A program made the translations under genes and the position numbers. Shown one piece after another: positions 1 to 8,033 of a stretch of 64,000 bases of DNA (its first letter is position 1; the number at the start of each line of letters is the position of its first letter). This DNA comes from Acidobacteriota bacterium (lineage in GTDB: Bacteria; Acidobacteriota; Terriglobia; Bryobacterales; Bryobacteraceae): the NCBI GenBank assembly GCA_025352795.1, contig JANXSF010000020.1:130879-194878 (forward strand), read 5' to 3'. Below the pieces are notes generated by a model, which did no database searches, was not told where the DNA came from, and saw only the letters and a list, made by a program, of their open reading frames with translations.

Positions 1-297
1 ATGGGTCGCACACCATTTGATAACAACCTGGTGACCGATAAGCCAGGTCGCGATCATAACCAGTATGGTTTGGCGATATGGATGGCCGGTGGCGGCATTA
101 AGCCCGGCTCCACTTTTGGAGAGACTGACGATTTTTCAGTTCGGGCCGCCGGTGATGAAATCCCTTTGCGCGATGTGCACGCAACGCTGCTGCGGTTAAT
201 GGGGCTTGACCAGAATCGGCTGACCTACCTGCACGCTGGTCGCTACAAGAAACTCACCGACATTGGTGGAAGGATCATCAAAGAGATCATTGCATGA
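1..297 (+). CDS. DUF1501 family protein, C-terminal fragment (5' end outside window)
   Basis: The frame is open to the window edge. The tail GRDHNQYGLAIWMAGGGIKPG...GETDDF...DVHATLLRLMGLD...LTY is colinear with the C-terminus of the complete DUF1501 paralog at 1099-2487. Confidence 0.8.
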   Translation: MGRTPFDNNLVTDKPGRDHNQYGLAIWMAGGGIKPGSTFGETDDFSVRAAGDEIPLRDVHATLLRLMGLDQNRLTYLHAGRYKKLTDIGGRIIKEIIA

Positions 298-1106
298 TTG
301 CACTTTTATTTGCTGTTGCATTGCCTATTATCTGCGTCAAAGATTGCGCGCTGGAAGGTCGTAAGAAGTTGGAAGAACCGAAGGTGGAAAATCGCATTAA
401 TGAAGCTTCGGCTACTCGTAGCCCGTGGATTATTTCCAATGGCGCAAAGATCCTTCGCGACCCCACTGGTAAGTACTTCTACACCGTATCTGGTCGCAGT
501 TCTGTTGTGGCCGTAGCGGAATCTTTCGTGTTTCGGGCCGATGCGTTGGTCCAAGCTTCTACCGTAGATGCCGCTGATGCCCAGAAGATGAAAGCGTTTA
601 TTGAAGCCCTTCCTCCGCTGACGCTTCCCCCTGTCGTGGACCTTGTCTTGATCGACGATGGCTCAGCGCAAACGGCGGAAGTGATGAATCTGTTGGTGCG
701 CCGAAATCTGCTGTTCCGTCCTGATCAGCATGCCGAGACAACGAAACTGACCGTACAAATCGGGACCAAAGAATTTCCCAAAGCTTCGGCAGCCAACCCC
801 AGTGACTTCGCCGTTTTGGTACGTCACAAACTGACCGATGAAAAACGTTCTTTGCGAGTTTACGGAAGTGAAAATGTGATTGCGCGCCTGGAATCCGATG
901 GGAAAACGGCACGTCTTCATATTCTGAATTATGGGCAACGAGCGGTGGAAGGGATTCGATTTCGGGTACGTGGAAAATTCAAGAACGCCAGTGTGAACGT
1001 CTTCGGCGTGCCTGCAGCTAAGCTGGCAGACATGCTTGTAGATGGCGATGCAACGGAATTTACGGTCTCCGAAATGCGCCAATACGCCGTCGTGGATCTT
1101 AACTAA
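294..1106 (+). CDS. hypothetical protein (270 aa), coupled to the upstream DUF1501 gene
   Basis: Long ORF whose ATG at 294 overlaps the upstream TGA (ATGA). Hydrophobic N-terminus. No motif recognised. Confidence 0.55.
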   Translation: MIALLFAVALPIICVKDCALEGRKKLEEPKVENRINEASATRSPWIISNGAKILRDPTGKYFYTVSGRSSVVAVAESFVFRADALVQASTVDAADAQKMKAFIEALPPLTLPPVVDLVLIDDGSAQTAEVMNLLVRRNLLFRPDQHAETTKLTVQIGTKEFPKASAANPSDFAVLVRHKLTDEKRSLRVYGSENVIARLESDGKTARLHILNYGQRAVEGIRFRVRGKFKNASVNVFGVPAAKLADMLVDGDATEFTVSEMRQYAVVDLN

Positions 1107-2487
1107 GAATCGCCTTCACCACCTGTCCATGCACGTCCGTAAGCCTTTGTTCACGGCCTCCGGTGCGATACGTCAGCTTTTCATGATCCAGTCCCAATAG
1201 GTACAAAATGGTGGCGTGCAAATCGTGAATGGTCACCGCGTCCCTGGCGATCTTGTTGCCTAGGTCGTCGGTCTCGCCATACGTCACACCACGTTTCACA
1301 CCAGCTCCGGCCATCCAAATGGTGAAGCAGTCTGGATGATGATCGCGACCATCGCCCTTGGGACCGGAATCGGGAGTGCGTCCGAATTCGCTGGCCCAAA
1401 TGAGCAACGTTTCGTCGAATAATCCGCGCGCCTTTAGATCTTTCACCAAAGCGGTCACTGCCTGATCTGTCACAAAGGCATTGCGTTCATGTTCTTTTTT
1501 CAAGTTGGAATGTTGATCCCAAGTGCCGTTCATGCCAAACAAATTGGGACAGGTCACTTCTACAAAACGCACACCAGCTTCAATCAGGCGGCGCGCACGC
1601 AAACACTGCAATCCATAAAGGCGCTTCGGCTTGTCTTCGGAATCCAGGCCATATAGTCGCTTCGTTGCTTCGGTTTCCTTGGCCAAGTCCAGCACATCAG
1701 GCACTAACGATTGCATACGGTAAGCCATTTCGTAATTGGAAATGGACGATTCAATCGCATCGTTACCACCGGTCTCATTGAGGAACGCTCGGTCCTGATG
1801 GGAAAGAGCATCCAGCTTGGCCCGCTGCACGCGCGAGTCCTTATCGGCAGGGCTGATATTTTGTACCGGGGCACCTTCATCGCGAATCATTGTGGCTTGA
1901 TGCGATGCCGGAAGAAAGCCGTTGGAATAGTTTTCAATGCCACCCGGAGGAATGGACGCATCGCGCAACAATACGTAGCCCGGCAGATTTTTGTTGATGC
2001 TCCCCAACCCATAATTGATCCACGAACCAAGGCTGGGAAAGCCTCCGATATTGCGTCCCGTGTGCAGGAAAATGTTGCCCCGGGCATGCAGCGGGAATTC
2101 CGATTTCATGGATCGAATAATGGCCAGATCATCCACACACTGGGCAATGTGTGGAAACAGATCACTCACCGGAGCTCCACTTTGGCCGTACTTTTGAAAG
2201 TTCCATAGTGGCCCAAGCCAGCGTCGATTCGGGCCAGCCACATAGTTATCCAACTTCGCCGGCTTTCCATCCATTTCGGCAAGCTTGGGTTTAGGGTCAA
2301 AGCTCTCCATATGCGAAACACCGCCCGGCATGAAAAGGAAAATCACGTTCTTTGCCCGAGCTTTGAAGTGTGGAGTGGCCCCCGAAGCAAGCAGCGCGGA
2401 AAGAGCTGTGTAGCCGAATCCATTTGACGCCAGCTTCAACGCCTGCCGACGCGTAACCGCCGTATTGCAACCTGGGCAATTGATCAT
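1099..2487 (-). CDS. DUF1501 domain-containing protein (sulfatase-fold, Tat-signal)
   Basis: Start trimmed to the ATG at 2487, which overlaps the stop of the upstream gene (ATGA). Twin-arginine-like leader TRRQALKLASNGFGYTALSALLASG. DUF1501-type C-terminus GRDHHPDCFTIWMAGAGVKRG..YGETDD. Confidence 0.9.
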   Translation of the reverse strand: MINCPGCNTAVTRRQALKLASNGFGYTALSALLASGATPHFKARAKNVIFLFMPGGVSHMESFDPKPKLAEMDGKPAKLDNYVAGPNRRWLGPLWNFQKYGQSGAPVSDLFPHIAQCVDDLAIIRSMKSEFPLHARGNIFLHTGRNIGGFPSLGSWINYGLGSINKNLPGYVLLRDASIPPGGIENYSNGFLPASHQATMIRDEGAPVQNISPADKDSRVQRAKLDALSHQDRAFLNETGGNDAIESSISNYEMAYRMQSLVPDVLDLAKETEATKRLYGLDSEDKPKRLYGLQCLRARRLIEAGVRFVEVTCPNLFGMNGTWDQHSNLKKEHERNAFVTDQAVTALVKDLKARGLFDETLLIWASEFGRTPDSGPKGDGRDHHPDCFTIWMAGAGVKRGVTYGETDDLGNKIARDAVTIHDLHATILYLLGLDHEKLTYRTGGREQRLTDVHGQVVKAILS

Positions 2488-5400
2488 TGGAAGTACAGGA
2501 ACTCCTTCGAATTCAAAATAGTATGGGCCAAGTGTTGCCAAACGATTGCCGAATCTTTGCTCACCGCAGTAAGCGCCGCCATCTCTGCCTGCAAGCCAGT
2601 AAAACGTTCCTGTTCCGCAGCAGTAGGCACACGGCTCAATGCCAAACGAAACAATTTCGTAATGCGAGCATCGCGCGGAACCAGCATCACACGTTGAGCC
2701 AATACCTCGGCTTGGGCCATCACAAATGGATCGTTCAACATGGTTAGCGCCTGCGCCGGGACATTGGTAACGTCGCGCGTGCCTCGCGTGGTCATCGGCG
2801 TCGGTGCATCAAAAGTTTCCAGAAACTTAGCCCCTTCCATGCGCGTGATCTTAGTGTAAATGGATCGACGACCGTTGCCATCCAGCGAACCCGTGAACAA
2901 GCGTCGATATTCCTTGGCCTCTTCCCGATGCGGATCAACGCTTGGCCCATAGAGTTCTTCTTTCAATTGGCCCGCAGCAAGCAGCATGCTATCGCGAAGT
3001 GATTCGGCGGTAAGGCGTCGCAAAGGGTAGTGGCTTAGAAGGATATTTTGTGGATCAGCTTCGCTAACGCCCCCCGATTGTCGAAACGTTTCCGACATCA
3101 CCATACTGCGGATCAGCTTCTTCATGGACCATCCGTTTCTGATGAAGTCAGTGGCCAAGGCATCCAACAATTCCGGGTGTGATGGTTTATCGCCCAGCGT
3201 TCCAAGGTTGTCTACCGTAGCAGTGATGCCACGTCCGAATACCTGCTGCCAGATCCGATTCACCATCAGCCGTGCCGTCAGCGGATTCTGCGGACTGGCC
3301 ATGCGATCAGCAAGTTCCAGCCGTCCACTTCCCTGGCTGTTTATAGGCGGCTGGTTCAGAATGCGGCTCAGCAAGCCTCGTGGTGCCAGTGGGCCGAAGC
3401 TCTTGGGGTCACCGCTGATGAACACCGCAGTGTCGTGCCCTGGGCCAGCATCGGCCATCGCGTCGACTACTCGCGGTGGTGTAAGCGTGGCCTCCAGACG
3501 ATGGTAATTTTCAATCAACGCGGCCAGTGTTGGAGTCGCATCTTTCCGATTGGTTATGAGGTTTGACCGCAGCAACCAATTGAGCCAAATCACGTCTTGT
3601 TCAGTTGATTGTTCCAGCGTCCAACGTTCAATCACCGATTGAATTTGCGTCGTGTAGCGGCCCAGCATTTCATCCCGATTTCGTGGTTGCCCATGATCGA
3701 ACAGCGCCAGTATGTGCCCCAAATCTTCCTTTGGCGATTCGTCCACATCGTGAAGCACTGCCTTGGTGAACCCGAAGTAAGACCGTGGATTTTCCATCCA
3801 TTGCAACTGCTCGCCCTTCAACATTTCAGGACGGTCTGGAATGCGTGGATTGAACAAGCGTGTCACCAGCTCTATAAATATTGGCAGTCTTTCCTGCTTT
3901 GCAAAAGTTTCCAACTTCAGCCATTGCAGCGAATCGTTTTCAATGATCTTGTAGTTCTCTCCAATGGCGCAGTTGTCGATGATAGTGCGTCGCGCTCCTA
4001 ACCTGCCGCCCATCAATTTCAGGCTGACGAACTTACTGTTCTTGGGAAGGGCTGGGGAGCGCATTGCCCCGTTCAACCGCTCTGAATCCAGGAAGGTGAA
4101 GTTCCCGTTTGGATAAATTCCTTTCACCGCCCCGTCACCGTCGGCAGCGATTGCGAAGTCTCCATTGGCGGAAATGCTGCGGTTCCCAGTCCATCCTTCA
4201 AAAGGCTGAAAGTGTTTTTTGTTGAACGCCGTCCGTGAACTGGCTTCTTTCCGATACTGCTGCTCTAAGTCAGGTTCCGCGAAATGAAATAAAGGGTAGG
4301 ACGGATCTTCCATACCAGTTGGCTTTGGCAGAGCTAACAGCGATTTCTTATCGAGCTTCCACAGCCCGGAAAGCTCTTGGCGAATCTTCTGCTTCACCTC
4401 ACGCAGTTGGACCAGAGCATCACCATTCACAGTATTTGTGTCGATGGACTGGGACACTTGACGGCTGCTGTTCAAGATTCCATACAAGCCATAATAATCT
4501 TCCGTGGGAATGGGATCCAGCTTGTGGTTGTGGCAACGGGCGCAGGAAACCGTCATTCCCTGAAATGCCTTGGTCAACGTGTCAATTTGGTTGTCCACAA
4601 CGTCCGTCCCCAATTCCCGGAACTGAATGCAATCGTCATGGCCTGCTTCACCCAGTCGGTAAAAAGCTGTGCCGATGATGGATTCGTTGATTTGTTCCAC
4701 TGCATTAATCCGCGACTTGGGAAGAAGGTCGCCAGCCACATGTTCACGAATCAGTTGATCGTAGGGGACATCGCTATTGAAGGCGCGAATCAGATAATCA
4801 CGATACCGCCACGCACCCAGAATTTCGTAGTTCCATTCATACCCGCGCGTTTCGCCAAAGCGAACAACGTCCAGCCAATAGCGAGCCCAATGCTCCCCGA
4901 ATCGTGGCGATGCAAGTAGCCGATCCACTTCTTGCTCATAGCTCTGCGCTTGATCAATTTCCGCAGCCGTCGGTGGAAGTCCGGTGAGTACTAAGCTCAG
5001 CCTGCGCAGCAAAGTGCGTGCATCGGCGCGCGGGGATAAGGTGAGCTTCGCCTTCTTCAACGCCAATGAAATATAGTGGTCTATCGGCTGGACGGGCTGC
5101 TTGGCCAAAGGCTGAAAGGCCCAGTGCTGCTTCACTTGTTCGGCATAGCGGTCCAACTTTGCGGCACCAATCGCAGCAGGCCACGCCGCACCATTACGGA
5201 CCCATTCCACCAGCGCAGCGATTTCAGAATCCTTCAGTTTGCCGCCCATGGGCATTTTCAATTCCTGATGTTGAACAGCTTTGATCAGCAAACTATCTTG
5301 CGGCTTGCCTGGAACAATTGCCGGGCCACGCTTGCCGCCCTTCAATAGTGCATCGCGCGAATCCACTCGTAAACCGGCGAACTGTTTTTCCGCCGCATGG

Positions 5401-5510
5401 CAGCCGTAGCAATCACGCGCCAACACAGGTCGAACTTTTGTTTCGAACAACTCTGCATTTTGCGCTGAGCATGCGATGATGAAGGCGAATATGATTATGG
5501 CTGGACGCAT
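2484..5510 (-). CDS. PSCyt1/PSCyt2(DUF1549)/PSD1(DUF1553) protein, 1008 aa
   Basis: Signal peptide, then an N-terminal Planctomycete cytochrome-c motif (CYGCHAAEKQFAGLRVD) and an internal CARCHNHKLDPI motif typical of DUF1549/DUF1553. Classic pairing with a downstream DUF1501 gene. Confidence 0.9.
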   Translation of the reverse strand: MRPAIIIFAFIIACSAQNAELFETKVRPVLARDCYGCHAAEKQFAGLRVDSRDALLKGGKRGPAIVPGKPQDSLLIKAVQHQELKMPMGGKLKDSEIAALVEWVRNGAAWPAAIGAAKLDRYAEQVKQHWAFQPLAKQPVQPIDHYISLALKKAKLTLSPRADARTLLRRLSLVLTGLPPTAAEIDQAQSYEQEVDRLLASPRFGEHWARYWLDVVRFGETRGYEWNYEILGAWRYRDYLIRAFNSDVPYDQLIREHVAGDLLPKSRINAVEQINESIIGTAFYRLGEAGHDDCIQFRELGTDVVDNQIDTLTKAFQGMTVSCARCHNHKLDPIPTEDYYGLYGILNSSRQVSQSIDTNTVNGDALVQLREVKQKIRQELSGLWKLDKKSLLALPKPTGMEDPSYPLFHFAEPDLEQQYRKEASSRTAFNKKHFQPFEGWTGNRSISANGDFAIAADGDGAVKGIYPNGNFTFLDSERLNGAMRSPALPKNSKFVSLKLMGGRLGARRTIIDNCAIGENYKIIENDSLQWLKLETFAKQERLPIFIELVTRLFNPRIPDRPEMLKGEQLQWMENPRSYFGFTKAVLHDVDESPKEDLGHILALFDHGQPRNRDEMLGRYTTQIQSVIERWTLEQSTEQDVIWLNWLLRSNLITNRKDATPTLAALIENYHRLEATLTPPRVVDAMADAGPGHDTAVFISGDPKSFGPLAPRGLLSRILNQPPINSQGSGRLELADRMASPQNPLTARLMVNRIWQQVFGRGITATVDNLGTLGDKPSHPELLDALATDFIRNGWSMKKLIRSMVMSETFRQSGGVSEADPQNILLSHYPLRRLTAESLRDSMLLAAGQLKEELYGPSVDPHREEAKEYRRLFTGSLDGNGRRSIYTKITRMEGAKFLETFDAPTPMTTRGTRDVTNVPAQALTMLNDPFVMAQAEVLAQRVMLVPRDARITKLFRLALSRVPTAAEQERFTGLQAEMAALTAVSKDSAIVWQHLAHTILNSKEFLYFQ

Positions 5511-5519
5511 GGTGAATCA

Positions 5520-6875
5520 GTGACACTCATATCATACAAGGCGGCTAGGGGAAAACGGCTTGAGTTCGGTGATTTTCAAACACCCGCTGCACTGGCTGCA
5601 TCCACAGTCCGTCACGTTTACGAACAAGGTTTCAGACCGCGTTCAGTGCTGGAACCAACTTGTGGCCAGGGATCTTTCATCCATGCGGCACTGCATCAAT
5701 TTCCACTTTTGGAACGTGTAGTTGGGGTAGACCGCAACGCCGAATATCTTTCCGAATTGAGTGGAGCAGATAAGCGGGTTGAATTGATTGAAGCCGATTG
5801 CTTCGCCATCAACTGGAAACAATGCATTGCATCGCTTCCGCAGCCGTTGCTGATTTTAGGAAATCCGCCCTGGGTCACCAGTTCACGGCTCGGCGTGTTG
5901 GAATCCGGCAATGCCCCGGCGCGCGAATCCACCGCTGTGCAACGCGGACTGGACGCATTGACCGGCAAAAGTAATTTTGATGTTTCCGAATGGCTGCTGC
6001 TGCAGTGGATAGATGCCATGCAAGGGTTGGACTCCCGAATGGTGATGCTGGTGAAGTCATCGGTAGCGCGGCGCATCATGGTCCGCTTGGCCAATGGGAA
6101 CTTGGGGGCCACTACAATTTCGATAGATGCCAAAAAGTATTTTGATGCCGACGTAAGTGCCTGTTTGCTGGATGTTCATGCTGCAGGGCCAAGGTTGGCA
6201 ACGCATAACGGGCTGTTGATTTCCAACCAAACACTGTTTGATAAAAGGAAAAATCTGGCAGCAACAGAGCGCATCAACTGGCGCAGTGGCATTAAACATG
6301 ATGCCGCAAAAATACTGGAACTCACAGCATTAGGCAATGATAGTTACAGCAATGGATTCGCAGAAATAGTGCAGCTGGAAGGCAACCACTTGTACCCGCT
6401 ACTGAAGAGTTCCGACCTGTCCCGAACCTTACTGCCGCAGCCCCGTCGCATGTTGCTTGTCCCACAATTGAAGACCGGCGCACCCACATCAAACATTGCG
6501 CCTCTAACGATGGCTTACCTTGAAAGCCATAGCGCGATACTGGACGCGCGGGCCAGCAGTGTTTATAAACGCGCACCTCGGTTCGCCATCTTCGGAGTGG
6601 GCGACTACACGTTCGCACCCTGGAAAGTGGCCACCAGTTGTTTGCATAAGAATTTGAGATTCCACGCCATCGGTCCAATAGAAGGTAAGCCCGTCGTGTT
6701 TGACGACGCTTCTGCGTTTCTAAGTTTGGAAAGCCAGGCCCAAGCGGAACAAGCGGCTCTGTTGTTCAACTCCATACCAGCCAGGGAATTTTGGGAGTCG
6801 CTGGTTTTTTGGGATGCCAAGCGTCCCATTACCATCGAACTGCTGCGTACCCTATCGCTTCAAAAATTAATCTGA
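5520..6875 (+). CDS. N6-adenine DNA methyltransferase, gamma class, no adjacent nuclease
   Basis: FGDFQTP near the N-terminus. SAM motif I EPTCGQGSF (aa 45-53) precedes catalytic motif IV NPPW (aa 115-118, nt 5862-5873). The long C-terminal half is plausibly a target-recognition domain. GTG start at 5520 is the only in-frame start upstream of the motifs. Confidence 0.75.
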   Translation: MTLISYKAARGKRLEFGDFQTPAALAASTVRHVYEQGFRPRSVLEPTCGQGSFIHAALHQFPLLERVVGVDRNAEYLSELSGADKRVELIEADCFAINWKQCIASLPQPLLILGNPPWVTSSRLGVLESGNAPARESTAVQRGLDALTGKSNFDVSEWLLLQWIDAMQGLDSRMVMLVKSSVARRIMVRLANGNLGATTISIDAKKYFDADVSACLLDVHAAGPRLATHNGLLISNQTLFDKRKNLAATERINWRSGIKHDAAKILELTALGNDSYSNGFAEIVQLEGNHLYPLLKSSDLSRTLLPQPRRMLLVPQLKTGAPTSNIAPLTMAYLESHSAILDARASSVYKRAPRFAIFGVGDYTFAPWKVATSCLHKNLRFHAIGPIEGKPVVFDDASAFLSLESQAQAEQAALLFNSIPAREFWESLVFWDAKRPITIELLRTLSLQKLI

Positions 6876-7289
6876 TCCAATTAAATGGACCAACACATTC
6901 CTCCGTTGTGACTGTGCTCTGTGTTCAAAAACATAAATGCCCTGCCATGTTCCAAGGCCCATTCGACCATCCACAACCGGAATGGATAGCTGTGTCATGG
7001 TCAGTGCTGCGCGGATGTGGGCGGGCATGTCATCGAGGCCTTCCGCAGTGTGACGATATCGGTGATCCCCTTCGGGGGCAAGCCGGGAGAAAAAATCGTT
7101 TAAGTCAGCAATCACATCCGGGTCGGCATTTTCCTGGATGGTCAACGATGCCGAAGTATGACGAATAAATAGGGTCAACAAGCCAGTGCGAATCTTTTGA
7201 TCTTCAACCCAGGACGCTGTTAGACCGGTAAATTCATAGAGACCTTTGCCCTTTGTGGTGATGGTAAATTGCTTGACGGCCTGCTGCAT
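6867..7289 (-). CDS. yjbQ: YjbQ/UPF0047 family protein (secondary thiamine-phosphate synthase-like)
   Basis: 140 aa. GLLTLFIRHTSASLTIQENADPDV...DDMPAHIRAAL...GTWQGIYVFEHR matches the UPF0047 signature. Confidence 0.85.
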   Translation of the reverse strand: MQQAVKQFTITTKGKGLYEFTGLTASWVEDQKIRTGLLTLFIRHTSASLTIQENADPDVIADLNDFFSRLAPEGDHRYRHTAEGLDDMPAHIRAALTMTQLSIPVVDGRMGLGTWQGIYVFEHRAQSQRRNVLVHLIGSD

Positions 7290-7291
7290 TG

Positions 7292-8020
7292 TTATTTAAC
7301 GAACAACAGTTCACCAAAGCGTTCCGGCCAATGCGGATTCGCCTGACGTAAGCCAGAATCAGACCATTGGCTTAAACGACGATTCGGTTCAGTGCCGTCC
7401 CAACGGTTCATGTTGGCTCGCCATACATCTCCAATTTTAGGAGCTTGGCCGGTTCCCAGTTCTTCAAAATTCTTCCATGGAATGGCCACTTCCAAGGTCC
7501 AGCCTTGGTCCTTATCCGACGTAATGTTCAACGTGCCACGAATATTTGTAGCCAGTTGCACCCCGGTCATATCGAACCGCTTCAACAGCAATTGCGGAAA
7601 AATGTAGAAGTAATCGTACAGCGTCCCTCGAGCATTCATTTCCAGTCCATAGTAAAGGTTCCGATTCTTGCCCGGATAAATAAAGATTTCCACGGCGTCG
7701 TCTTTGTAAGTAGGGTCGTCGCGTTGGTCGAAGTGGGCAACCACGTCAGTGTCCTCGCAATCATAAGCTACATACAAATTTTCGTCGTCCCACAATAAAC
7801 GGGCGGTGGTTTTCTGTTTCGCTCCAGTCTGAAAATCCCAGGGAAATTGGAATTCAACGGTAGCGGCGTCTTTCCAGGCAAGATCATTCAACTTGCCATC
7901 CACCACGATTTTGGAAGCAGCTCGCCGGACCTCTGTGCGCGGAATCGGCTTCAAGTTTGGCCGCATGGTGTCTTGTCCGAATGCTAAAAGAGGGCAGAGT
8001 AAGAGCAGGCGAAAGTGCAT
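7292..8020 (-). CDS. exported carbohydrate-binding family 9-like (DOMON-like) protein
   Basis: Start trimmed to MHFRLLLLCPLLAFGQ (signal peptide). LNDLAWKDA...LLWDDENLYVAYDCEDTDV...EIFI pattern is typical of CBM9-like domains. Confidence 0.65.
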   Translation of the reverse strand: MHFRLLLLCPLLAFGQDTMRPNLKPIPRTEVRRAASKIVVDGKLNDLAWKDAATVEFQFPWDFQTGAKQKTTARLLWDDENLYVAYDCEDTDVVAHFDQRDDPTYKDDAVEIFIYPGKNRNLYYGLEMNARGTLYDYFYIFPQLLLKRFDMTGVQLATNIRGTLNITSDKDQGWTLEVAIPWKNFEELGTGQAPKIGDVWRANMNRWDGTEPNRRLSQWSDSGLRQANPHWPERFGELLFVK

Positions 8021-8033
8021 GGGAAGTGTTCCT

